From the IMG/VR virus record IMGVR_UViG_3300017691_000005, positions 1 to 30,051 of that record: 30,051 nt of DNA; one strand, written 5' to 3'. This DNA is from a virus. Its lineage: Duplodnaviria > Heunggongvirae > Uroviricota > Caudoviricetes. Positions 14,824-24,200 of this stretch are shown piece by piece (positions within the stretch are counted from its first letter, which is position 1; each line of letters begins with the position of its first letter). Below the pieces are notes generated by a model, which saw only the letters and a program-made list of their open reading frames with translations, was not told the DNA's origin and did not search any database. The position numbers and the translations under genes are program-made.

Positions 14824-15825
14824 ATGACTGATAACTTGTTAGAAAAGGTAATTGTAAGTACAGAAATCGGTGCCCCTGCGGGTTCCGGTCTATTGAAGCC
14901 AGACCAGGCAAATCGCTTCATCGACTATGTGTTCGACGCGACTGTTTTGGGAAGCCAGGTCCGTACAGAACGTCTTAGAGCAGATTCAGCAGAACTGAAC
15001 CGTATCGGCGTTGGACAGAGACTTATCCGTGGAGCCGTTGAGGCAACTGACACAGGTGAAAACCAGGGTGTCGTATTCTCAAAGATTTCACTCACAACAA
15101 AGAAGATTCGTCTTGACTACGAACTTTCAAGCGAGACACTAGAAGACAACATCGAAGGTGCTGCTCTAGAAGATCACATTGCTAGACTAATGGCTACTCA
15201 AATGGGTAACGACCTAGAAGACCTAGCCGTAAACGGTGACACTTCTTCTAGCGACCTATCCTTGAAGATCTTTGACGGATGGCGCAAACTTGCTCTAAAC
15301 GGAACTTCAGATGGCGCTGCTCACACAGTAGACGCTGGTGGTTCTAATGTTAACTTGTCCATCTATAACCGTGCTCTAAAGGCAATCCCCCGTAAGTACA
15401 TGCAACGTAGAGGTGAGTTGAAGTTCTTCACAGGATCAAACTTGCTACAAGACTGGTACTACGCATTGTCTCAGGGTGCTGCTGGCGAAGACGTACAGAA
15501 CTCTGTTATCGCTAACGGAAGTATTGTTCCTCAGGGTCCAGCCGGTGCTACAGCAGGTTACGCTTTCGGTATTCCTCTACAGGAAGTTCCTGTATTCGAT
15601 ACTGCAAAGGCCGGTAACTACTCTGGTGCAGCCGGTGATCACGGTGAAGTATGGCTAACTCAGCCAAGAAACCTAATCTGGGCTGTTAAGAGAGACGTAC
15701 AGGTATTCCGTGAGTTCAAGCCAAAGAAGGACTCTATTGAGTACACAACCTACCTACGTGCAGGTGTTGGAATTGAAAACACTGAATCTATGGTAGTTGT
15801 CCGTAACGTCAAAGTACGTTCCTGA
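14824..15825 (+). CDS. Major capsid protein (HK97 fold)
   Basis: GLLKPDQANRFIDY, ISLTTKKIRLDYELSSETLEDNIEG, GNDLEDLAVNGD, FREFKPKKDSIEYT. Follows the protease gene and precedes a terminator. Confidence 0.93.
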   Translation: MTDNLLEKVIVSTEIGAPAGSGLLKPDQANRFIDYVFDATVLGSQVRTERLRADSAELNRIGVGQRLIRGAVEATDTGENQGVVFSKISLTTKKIRLDYELSSETLEDNIEGAALEDHIARLMATQMGNDLEDLAVNGDTSSSDLSLKIFDGWRKLALNGTSDGAAHTVDAGGSNVNLSIYNRALKAIPRKYMQRRGELKFFTGSNLLQDWYYALSQGAAGEDVQNSVIANGSIVPQGPAGATAGYAFGIPLQEVPVFDTAKAGNYSGAAGDHGEVWLTQPRNLIWAVKRDVQVFREFKPKKDSIEYTTYLRAGVGIENTESMVVVRNVKVRS

Positions 15826-15848
15826 TAATTGAATAATAACTGAATAGG

Positions 15849-15883
15849 AAGGGGCCGGAGAAATCCGGCCCTTTTCGTTTTTA
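15849..15883 (+). terminator. Intrinsic terminator after the capsid gene
   Basis: GGGCCGGA-GAAA-TCCGGCCC followed by TTTTCGTTTTT. Confidence 0.9.
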
Positions 15884-15901
15884 CTTTTGAGACTGTACAA
15901 T
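15874..15901 (+). promoter_or_regulatory. Candidate promoter
   Basis: TACAAT at 15896-901 with a weak -35 (TTCGTT) inside the terminator tail. SD AGGAGG before ATG 15919. Confidence 0.45.
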
Positions 15902-15918
15902 GAATTTAAGGAGGTATC

Positions 15919-16683
15919 ATGTCTAAACCATTCACAAGATACAAGAAATCGGAACTATTAGAGATTGCTCGTAATTTCAACGTAGAGTTGGAAGACGGCG
16001 ATACGAATTTTGAAATAGCATCTAAGTTGAAGCAGGCCGGTGTAACACCAGAGCAAGCCGAAGGACTTTTTGAAATAGATGAGGAATACGTTGGAGAGAA
16101 AGAAGCAAATACTGTGAATTATGATGTAGATCAAGATGAAGACGACCTAGAATCCGCTAATGCTGAAAGTCTTGCTTTGTCAGAAGACCAAGGTTCAGAA
16201 GAGGCAGAGGAGACAACTGTTGTGGCAACACCCGAAGCGACAACCGCAGAACTTGATGTTAATGATTCTGCGCCTGTTACCGATCAGGTTGAAGATGAGC
16301 CAGTAAAGGATGTAACTCCTGCAACTGAAGAACTACAAGACACTGGACCTGTTAAGGGTGACGTTGAAGAGCCTGTAGTTGAATCTGAGCCCGTCAGAGA
16401 AGAGCCAGAGGTAGTTGCCCCAGTGGTCGTCGTTGAGCCCGTAGAGGAAAAGGTTGAACAACCCGCTGCGGTTGAAGAGGCTGAGGTAGAAGAGCAAGAA
16501 GAAGACAATCTCGTCCTTATTCGTATGACTCGTCACAACTACAGTTATGAAGTGCGTGGCTATAAGTTCACAAGAGAGCACCCATTTGGTTTAGTTACCG
16601 AAGAAGACGCTGATTATCTTGTAGAGGTTGAGGGCGGTTTCCAAATGGCTACACCATCTGAAGCACGTTCTTTCTATAACTGA
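15919..16683 (+). CDS. Acidic hypothetical protein: N-terminal Rho-N/HeH-like helical domain, acidic linker, small C-terminal domain
   Basis: YKKSELLEIARNFNVEL...EIASKL; long E/D/V/P-rich middle; C-terminal LIRMTRHNYSYEVRGYKFTREHPF. Confidence 0.75.
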   Translation: MSKPFTRYKKSELLEIARNFNVELEDGDTNFEIASKLKQAGVTPEQAEGLFEIDEEYVGEKEANTVNYDVDQDEDDLESANAESLALSEDQGSEEAEETTVVATPEATTAELDVNDSAPVTDQVEDEPVKDVTPATEELQDTGPVKGDVEEPVVESEPVREEPEVVAPVVVVEPVEEKVEQPAAVEEAEVEEQEEDNLVLIRMTRHNYSYEVRGYKFTREHPFGLVTEEDADYLVEVEGGFQMATPSEARSFYN

Positions 16684-16970
16684 TGATTAACAGAGGAGCG
16701 CCCTTTACGGAGACATTTAATTTTAAAACCGCTGATGGTCAGATTGCTGATATAAGCGAAAAAGAGTTTGAAATTGTTGTTATGCGTAATATGTTTATTC
16801 AAAGATATGTCGGCGGACAAGGGCTGACGTATGGCCCTAATTCGGTGACAGTTAATTTGACTGGCGCTCAAACTAGCGAGTACAAATTTAGTAAAATAAG
16901 TTATTCGCTAAATGATATAACTGACGGTGAGTCAACTCCTGTATTCACGGGGGTATGGGAGGTAAGTTGA
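16683..16970 (+). CDS. Small beta-rich hypothetical virion protein
   Basis: 95 aa, TGATG coupling, RGAPFTETFNFK...VFTGVWEV. Confidence 0.7.
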   Translation: MINRGAPFTETFNFKTADGQIADISEKEFEIVVMRNMFIQRYVGGQGLTYGPNSVTVNLTGAQTSEYKFSKISYSLNDITDGESTPVFTGVWEVS

Positions 16971-17818
16971 TAATCTATAGAGACAAGGCTGCAAAGGCTT
17001 ATTTAGAACACTCTTTTAATAAGCCTTTGACAGCAACCGTATATCGTTCTAGCCAGGTAATAGGCCAAATCAATAGACCTGTAGTATCAATAAACGGTAT
17101 TCATAGTGTGGATTTAACCTATGAAGACACCCAATACGACGGCGACATAGATGTTTACTGGTCAGGAGAAAACTTCGAAAGAAGGACTAGTGTTCCTGTA
17201 GTAAGTCCTATAGTTCCAATTGCAAGATTAAAAACACTATTCCCTGACAGAGATGGTGACGAAGAGTTCTTCGTAGAACTTGAATCATCTGTAAGGCTAA
17301 TCATTGAGTCCTACACAGGCACTAAGTTTGAGTACTTCAAGGGGCTTATTAAAGTACCGGCATCAGGATCTTCATTGATGCTTCCTGTTCGGGCCATTGA
17401 TGTTTATGAAATACCTGGATTACCTTCTTATAGGGTTTCTCCAAACGGAAGAGTGATTATTGGTATGAACGAGCAATACTTAGGTATTAAGGATGCTCCA
17501 CCTGAAGAATTCTCTTTCGTGACTCATGGAGTAATTACTGTTCCTAACTGGTACAGACGTATTAGAAACGGGATGGTGTATGAAGTTTATGGAGAATTTG
17601 GTTACCTGAATATTCCAGAAGACGTTCAAGAGGCCGCTCTATTGCTCGCTAATGATTTTGCCTGCAATGACGGCATCTACAGGGACAAGTATATTCAAAC
17701 CGCTAAGACAGAATTAACCAACTATGTATTTGCTAATCAAGCCTTCACTGGTACCGGAAATGCGAGAGTTGATTTGTTGTTGTCTAAGTACAAGGTAGAT
17801 GGTTATGCATGGCTGTAG
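16955..17818 (+). CDS. Head-to-tail adaptor (probable)
   Basis: VRLIIESYTG...YGEFGYLNIPEDVQEAALLLAND...TGNARVDLLL. The true start is probably TTG 16967 or ATA 16970 after GGAGGT. Confidence 0.7.
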   Translation: MGGKLIIYRDKAAKAYLEHSFNKPLTATVYRSSQVIGQINRPVVSINGIHSVDLTYEDTQYDGDIDVYWSGENFERRTSVPVVSPIVPIARLKTLFPDRDGDEEFFVELESSVRLIIESYTGTKFEYFKGLIKVPASGSSLMLPVRAIDVYEIPGLPSYRVSPNGRVIIGMNEQYLGIKDAPPEEFSFVTHGVITVPNWYRRIRNGMVYEVYGEFGYLNIPEDVQEAALLLANDFACNDGIYRDKYIQTAKTELTNYVFANQAFTGTGNARVDLLLSKYKVDGYAWL

Positions 17819-18321
17819 TTAGATCATGTTTATCCGGGGCTCGTTTTGCTATGAAGGCTGATGTTGTAACAAGAAGTTACTCAACAGGCGATCAAGTCGT
17901 CGGCGGGGAGTACAGGAACATTCAAGATCCTGATACTTTTGAAGTCACTAGGCAATGGGTTATTCCTACGGATACTGAACAATACAAAGAAATTATTAAA
18001 ACAATTCCTTGTGTTGTTTCTAGTTATGCTGGAACCGCTGGAAGAAACTTGAATAATACAACGGTCATGCGAGATGAAAATTTTAGGATCGATGAGTACT
18101 TGAGCATTTCTTGGCCCGCTCATTACAAACTGTCTGCAAATGACAGAATTACCAACATTCGTTCGCAAGACAATGTTCTTATCTGGGATGAGGGCGATCA
18201 CGGTAGCAATATAAAAGTCGTTCCTACAGTGTTTCAGTTGACCGGAATCACACCTATTGTTGGGTTTGGTGCAAAAGTTGTTGAGTACTATTCAGTTCTA
18301 AAGAGGGCTAGTGTTCAGTGA
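17809..18321 (+). CDS. Head closure / head-to-tail stopper (probable)
   Basis: Position after the adaptor gene; beta-rich with DRITNIR...VFQLTGITP. Confidence 0.55.
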   Translation: MAVVRSCLSGARFAMKADVVTRSYSTGDQVVGGEYRNIQDPDTFEVTRQWVIPTDTEQYKEIIKTIPCVVSSYAGTAGRNLNNTTVMRDENFRIDEYLSISWPAHYKLSANDRITNIRSQDNVLIWDEGDHGSNIKVVPTVFQLTGITPIVGFGAKVVEYYSVLKRASVQ

Positions 18322-19169
18322 AAACAACATTTGAGGGTGACTTTGCTAGTGCATCAGCAGCGCTTGGATATATTTCAGGCATAACTAAAACAGTTAAAAC
18401 TGATGCTTATATATCTGACGTTCTGACATTTACTCACAACGCAATGTCAGCAGAAGTCGATAGATATATTGATAACATTGCTTCCGCAAATCCAAATATG
18501 TTACATCACATGTACGAGTGGCCTAGTGGATGGGATACCGGCGGCGGAAACACAAAAAGAGGCGGTAGTCCACGATGGAGAGAGACAGTAGGTGTTCCTA
18601 CCCAAAGACTTTGGAGACACACCCTAACAGGTAGAGGTGCAAAGAAAACCGCTGGATATACTTTCTTACCATCTAATCAGCCAAGTCCTGTTAACCCAAT
18701 ACTTGTTGAAAAAGGTGTTAAAAAGAATGTTCATGTTTTTGTTTGGAAGGCTCCAACGATGGAAGCCGGGGCTCACATAGAGGTCAGCAGAAAACTCGCT
18801 AAGACTCTTGCATTTGTTAACAAAGATGGACAAGTCTCTTTTGCTCAAAATGTTGATACCGGTCCTGCCGGTGGCGGAATGACTACTGGTCGTTTTACTG
18901 CTACTTATTTATCGTGGTGGGCGGGAGAGGCAAACAACTTCTTTAACAGATCGATTGCTCCCGAACTTGGTAGAAATATTAACCCGTCAGGTGTATTGGC
19001 TAAAGAAGCGGTGAGAATAGGAACAAGAACACGAACCAAGACATTTGAACTTAGTGTCAAGTCTGCTCAAGAAGCAGAAAAAGAGGCACAAAAATGGGTT
19101 GTGCGTAAAGCAAAGGAAAACTATATAGACGACGCGGCGGCAAGGAGGGCTTTCTTATATGGTAGTTAA
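18318..19169 (+). CDS. Neck/tail-completion region hypothetical protein
   Basis: GTG start overlapping the upstream stop. LHHMYEW and VFVWKAPTMEAG motifs; synteny only. Confidence 0.55.
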   Translation: MKTTFEGDFASASAALGYISGITKTVKTDAYISDVLTFTHNAMSAEVDRYIDNIASANPNMLHHMYEWPSGWDTGGGNTKRGGSPRWRETVGVPTQRLWRHTLTGRGAKKTAGYTFLPSNQPSPVNPILVEKGVKKNVHVFVWKAPTMEAGAHIEVSRKLAKTLAFVNKDGQVSFAQNVDTGPAGGGMTTGRFTATYLSWWAGEANNFFNRSIAPELGRNINPSGVLAKEAVRIGTRTRTKTFELSVKSAQEAEKEAQKWVVRKAKENYIDDAAARRAFLYGS

Positions 19170-19716
19170 TTACGATAAAGAGTTGTTTGCAGTTCATGGA
19201 GTTAATCATTTTCTATGGAGCAAGTTGCAACAACTTCCTATCATGAAACCAGAATATTATCTAAGTGGTAGCAGTAGTAATAAGATTCAATGGATTCCTA
19301 TTATGCCTACTCAGGAGGCAGAAGAGTTTACACAATCAACTGATCTTGATGGTACAAAGGCCCCGTATATTGTTTATAACTGGCGAGTAGAAAACATCAA
19401 TCAGAATTGGTTTATCCAGTCTGATCAGATTGCTTACATCATTTACAGCGACAATGCCGCTCACCACAGAGACGTTTCAAAGGTAATCATAGATTATCTA
19501 AAAAGATGGGATGAGTCAGCCAGTGAAATTAATGACTTCCTGGCGCCGCGCGGTGGTAAGTGGACTCAGTTCAATTACAAAAATACTTCCATCGTCTCAT
19601 CAATTGGCGCAGAACCTACAGATGAAAGCGGTGGACGAATGCAAACAATTATTACTGCCAGAATCACTTACACGGATGAAGGCACATTTGGTAATGGCCG
19701 GGCAATACAAACCTAA
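19159..19716 (+). CDS. Tail terminator / tail completion protein (probable)
   Basis: Lies immediately before the major tail gene. PIMPTQE...APYIVY...YIIYS...DYLKRWDESA. Confidence 0.6.
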   Translation: MVVNYDKELFAVHGVNHFLWSKLQQLPIMKPEYYLSGSSSNKIQWIPIMPTQEAEEFTQSTDLDGTKAPYIVYNWRVENINQNWFIQSDQIAYIIYSDNAAHHRDVSKVIIDYLKRWDESASEINDFLAPRGGKWTQFNYKNTSIVSSIGAEPTDESGGRMQTIITARITYTDEGTFGNGRAIQT

Positions 19717-19718
19717 TA

Positions 19719-19747
19719 TTGACTTTTGAATTAATCAAAATTATTAT
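19719..19747 (+). promoter_or_regulatory. Promoter for the major tail gene
   Basis: TTGACT-17-TATTAT; leader of about 56 nt ending in SD AGGAGG. Confidence 0.7.
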
Positions 19748-19809
19748 TCGAACAACGAGAAAGGTGCCCTAGCCAAGCATATTAAACTTTAGGAAGGAGG
19801 AAATACCTA

Positions 19810-20430
19810 ATGGCATTAACAGGACAAAACGTAAGGAACATCATCATCGGTGCTGCCGGTGTTTATATCTCAAAGGCGGACAGTTCTACATGGACTAATC
19901 CAACTACTCTACCTTCATTGGCTGCTAATACATCTGCCAGAGTTGCCCTAGACGGCGCTTCAACAGATTGGAGAGACGTAGGATTTACAATGGAGGGTCT
20001 TGAAGTTGCATATGAGCCTGACTATGGTGAAGTAGAAGTTGACCAATTGCTCGACTCTGCGAAACTATTCAAGCAGTCTATGCGTGTAACCCTAAATTCT
20101 TCTTTCGCTGAAGCGACTTTGGAAAACCTTTTGGTTGTATGGGGTCAGCGTTCTGCTTCTTTGGATTCAGACGTTCTAACAATTGAGGCTGGTGCTCTTG
20201 GTGAAGAGCCATACGAACGCTCATTGGCATTCGTTGGCCCAGCGCCACGTCAAAGCGCTCAAAAGAGAGAAAGAGTCTATCACGTAAGCCGTGCTATTCA
20301 GACAGAATCTACAAGCCACGCATTGCGTCGTAATGAAGCAACTGGACTTCCAGTTTCTTTCCGTATTCTGCCCGACACAAGTTCATCTGTTGCTCAGTAT
20401 GGAACTGTGCGCGACCGTAACGTTACCTGA
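19810..20430 (+). CDS. Major tail (tube) protein
   Basis: NIIIGAAGVY, DVGFTMEGLEVAYEPDYGEVEVDQLLD, FAEATLENL, PVSFRILPD. Followed by a terminator and then the chaperone genes. Confidence 0.9.
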   Translation: MALTGQNVRNIIIGAAGVYISKADSSTWTNPTTLPSLAANTSARVALDGASTDWRDVGFTMEGLEVAYEPDYGEVEVDQLLDSAKLFKQSMRVTLNSSFAEATLENLLVVWGQRSASLDSDVLTIEAGALGEEPYERSLAFVGPAPRQSAQKRERVYHVSRAIQTESTSHALRRNEATGLPVSFRILPDTSSSVAQYGTVRDRNVT

Positions 20431-20444
20431 TTTTATTTTTACAG

Positions 20445-20482
20445 TAAATACCCCCGACCACCACGGCCGGGGGTATTTATTT
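20445..20482 (+). terminator. Intrinsic terminator after the major tail gene
   Basis: TAAATACCCCCG...CGGGGGTATTTA inverted repeat followed by TTT. Confidence 0.8.
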
Positions 20483-20509
20483 GTTCAATGACATGTAATA
20501 ACATATACT
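20481..20509 (+). promoter_or_regulatory. Promoter for the chaperone / tape measure operon
   Basis: TTGTTC-17-TATACT; SD GAGGA before ATG 20538. Confidence 0.6.
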
Positions 20510-20537
20510 TTCCAGTAACCAATAAGAAAGAGGAATT

Positions 20538-20891
20538 ATGGCTAATACAGTTTATAATATAGTTGAATATCAATTACAAGATGACAGTGCAGTAACCCTT
20601 AAGCCAGCAACCATTAAAACAATGCGTAAGTTTAATGCTGCATTCATGGCAGGACCTGAAAAACTAGAAGAGGGTGCAACTACTGCCGAACAAGAGGATG
20701 CCGGTATTACTTGGCTAACTGGATTGGCGATTATTTTACTAGAAAAGCAACGCCCAGGTCTTACTTTAGATGACGCTGAAGACATTCTAGACATGGACAC
20801 TATCTACAAGATCATCGAAATTTGTGCGGGTGTAAAGTTGAATGACCCAAAATTAACCGAGATGGCAGCGGCAACTCTGAACCAGGCGTAA
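20538..20891 (+). CDS. Tail assembly chaperone (gpG-like)
   Basis: Lies between the major tail and tape measure genes. LDMDTIYKIIEICAGVKLNDP. Confidence 0.8.
   Translation: MANTVYNIVEYQLQDDSAVTLKPATIKTMRKFNAAFMAGPEKLEEGATTAEQEDAGITWLTGLAIILLEKQRPGLTLDDAEDILDMDTIYKIIEICAGVKLNDPKLTEMAAATLNQA
20846..20852 (+). other. -1 programmed ribosomal frameshift slippery site C CCA AAA
   Basis: X XXY YYZ heptamer in the gpG frame. The -1 frame opens exactly here (TGA at 20843-45) and runs without a stop into ORF 20903..21214. Confidence 0.7.
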
Positions 20892-21214
20892 CTTGGGAGG
20901 AAATGGCTTTAGCCGAACTTGAGGCCGAAGTCTTTATTCTAGGCAACTGGAAAAATTTTGATGAACTAGAAGAATGCTTAAATCTTGATGAGTTGAGTTT
21001 ACTTATTAACTCATCAAGAAAAGCAGAAAGAGAACGTCAAAAATTCGCTGCTGCACTTAAAGGCGTCGATCTCGACAGTGAGAGTAATGACACCAAAAAG
21101 AAGATAGAAGATGTACAAAGAAGAGCAAACGCTAGACTTGCAGGTATAGATGAAGATAAATTTGACGAGTTAGAATTAATAGATTTAGGTATATCATTTA
21201 CCGAAGAGGAGTGA
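20846..21214 (+). CDS. Tail assembly chaperone frameshift extension (gpT part of gpGT, ~225 aa fusion)
   Basis: -1 frame reads INRDGSGNSEPGVTWEEMALAELEAEVFILGNWKNFDELEE. The SD before ATG 20903 is only about 2 nt away. Confidence 0.7.
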   Translation, partial: PKINRDGSGNSEPGVTWEEMALAELEAEVFILGNWKNFDELEECLNLDELSLLINSSRKAERERQKFAAALKGVDLDSESNDTKKKIEDVQRRANARLAGIDEDKFDELELIDLGISFTEEE

Positions 21215-21220
21215 CATAAA

Positions 21221-24200
21221 ATAGAATCAGTAAATATTCGCTTTAGCGGTAGCGCTAACTTTGGTGACGTTAATAAGCAGATCAAGGCGCTTCAGTCAAA
21301 CTTTAGTAACCTTAATCAAACAATGCAAAGCGCATTATCTAATGCGTCTTACCAAAATAAGCCTAGTGTCTACAGGGATCAGATCGCTTCCCTGAAGCAA
21401 TATAGAGCGCAGATCAACGAAGCCGTGCAGGCGCATGGCGACTTTGCTGTATCTCAACATAAAGTCATCTCTTCAACAGAACGTTTCAATGATGCTGTCC
21501 GTAAGAACAAGATTGGTATTGGTGACGTTCTAACCGGTAATATCCGTGAAAATCTAAAAATGATGAAGCAGGCTCAAAGAGAGCAGGCTGCGCTACAGAA
21601 TTCTATGGGTACAACTTGGAGTTCTGGTACTCCGGGTAAATCTAATGTAGATCTATTTGTTCCTCGTAATCTTTCTGCATCTATGAATGATATTCGTCAA
21701 AGATACGGATATATCAATCAAGTTGTTTCATCTATTGCAACACAAACCGTCAATTGGGGTAAGAACACTCAGTGGGCGGGTCGTCAGATTATGGTTGGTA
21801 TTACCGTTCCTTTGGGTATTGCTGCTGCGGGAATGGCTAAACTAACTTACGATACTGATAAGCAACTTACTCGTATCGCTAAAGTTTATGATCTTCAGAC
21901 AACGGCTGCTATGTCTTCAATTAATCAGCAGTCAGCGGGAGAGAATGAACTACGTCAATTAAGAGAGCAGTCTCTTAATGATGCTATTCAATTGGCTAAA
22001 GATTATGGTCAGTCTGTCAACGACACTCTAGAACTACAGGCCAACTTGGCTGCTACCGGTTTGAGTGGCGACAGCCTACGAAACATGACTAAAGAAGTTA
22101 GCCGTATCGCCGCTCTTGGTGAACTAACAACTCAACAGTCTACAGACATGGCAGTTGCTCTAAAGACAGCGTTCCGTATGACAGATGAGGGTGTTGTTCA
22201 CTTCAATGACTTCGCCAACGCCGTAGAAAACGCTACAAGCCTTTCTATCCAAGATATTGCTGAGGCCACTCCCCGTGCTGCGTCCGCTTTGGCTGGTCTA
22301 GGTGTTACCGCTGAAGAAATGACAGTATTGCTTGTTTCTATGAAAGAAGCAGGTGTTAATGCCGCTGAAGGTGCTAACGCTCTTAAGTCTGCTACTACTC
22401 GTATTCTTAGACCTACTCCTCAGGCTAAGAATATTTTCAGTCAGTACAACATTGATTTGCAAGCACTCGTCGATTCAACACAAGGTAACTTGTTTAAGAC
22501 TTTGAAGAAACTGTCACCAGCAATGGAGCAGATGACAGATTACCAAAGACAACAAGCAATTGCGGCTTTGTTTGGTACTTACCAGTTCAACCGTCTGAAC
22601 GCTGCTCTAGCGAACCTGAACGATACTACGACTCAGGCCGGTACAGCAATGGAGATCATGGGCAAGAATGAAGAAGAACTCGCCTCTATCTCAGCAGGAG
22701 AACTTGAAAAGGCTGCCAAGAGTGCTTCTGGTACTTTTGACAGATTAGTCGAAAGCATCAAGGGCGAACTTGCCAAGATGGGTCAGCCTCTCTTAGAAGC
22801 AATCAACCCTGTACTAAGTGTTATTAACACTATGTTCGAGACATTTAACAAGATGCCAGACAGCGCTAAGAAGTTCTCTCTAATTGCATTGGCAGCAGTG
22901 GGAATTATTGGTCCTGTCATGATGCTTGTTGGTGTATTTGGTAACCTTATTGGTTCATTCCTTAAGGGTGCTGCCGTATTCAGTAATCTCTTCTTAAGAT
23001 TTAAGATGATGACTGCCGAGGAAAGAGCGGCGGCCGTCGCGGCAAAACAAACAACTAACGTATTCGATACTCAAGCAATGTCTGCTGCAAGACTTGAGCA
23101 GTCAATGAAGATGCTCAATGCTCAAATGGCATTGTATACAAGAGCCCAGGGTGGTATTACACCTGTCGATGGTCCTAATGGTATGTCTGCACAAGGCCAG
23201 AACTCTACTATGCGTAGAAATAGTAGAGGGCAGATTATCTATGGTGCGGGCAGTAAAGATGCTTCTGGTAAGGCAATCGGTGGGCGTGGTGTTAGCGCCG
23301 AAGATAAAGCAAGGTTTGAAGCGTTAGAGAATTCAACTGATGACATGGCACAGAATTCTAAAAAATTCTCTGTCAACATGGAAAGAGCAACTGCCGCTGG
23401 TATTGGGCTAACCACTGCTGCTGTGGCTGTATCCGGTATGGCTGGTAATGGTAATAAGATGGTTACTGATTTTGCAACCATTGCCACAACTGCTCTAATC
23501 ATTCAACAGGCTCTATCAGTTATCCCATTCGGTAAGATTGCCACTTCTATGAAGACTATGAGTGGTGCTGCTACAGCAGGTGTAGCAACAAACGCCGGTA
23601 AGGCCAGTGGAATTATTTCCAAGATTGGTACTTCACTTAAGGCCGCTGCTCCTTTGGCCGCTGGATTGTGGCCGGTTGCCGCTGCTGCCGCTGTAGCATT
23701 CTCAGCATATGAACTTTACGAGTGGTCACAAAAAACTCGTAAAGAATGGGATCAAATTGTCAATCAAGGTAAAACATTAGCGAGCATCGTTGGTGCTACT
23801 GGTGAAATTCAGCAAGTTGATTCTGTAACTGGTGAAAAGAAGGTCAGCGATCTTGAAACTCGTACAAAGAATGTACAAGCACTCAAGGATTCAAATGAAG
23901 ACCTCTTTAAATCATACAAAAAGTTGAATGACTCTGATTTGTACAATACTGCCGTTCAAGCAGGTCTGTCCGTTAAATTCCGTGACGGCACACCAGAGCA
24001 AGTTCGTCAGGCTATGGAAACTGTCTTGGCTGCTGCTGGTAAGGGTAATCTTGAAATTCAAGATATCATGGTCAAAATCAATAAGGTTGATTTTGATAAC
24101 CCTGAAGAAGTTGCCGCTCTTGTTGATCAAAGCATCGGAGAAGCACTTGAGTCAGCCAAAACAAAGAACAAAGATCGTAAATGGTGGAATCTTGCACTTA

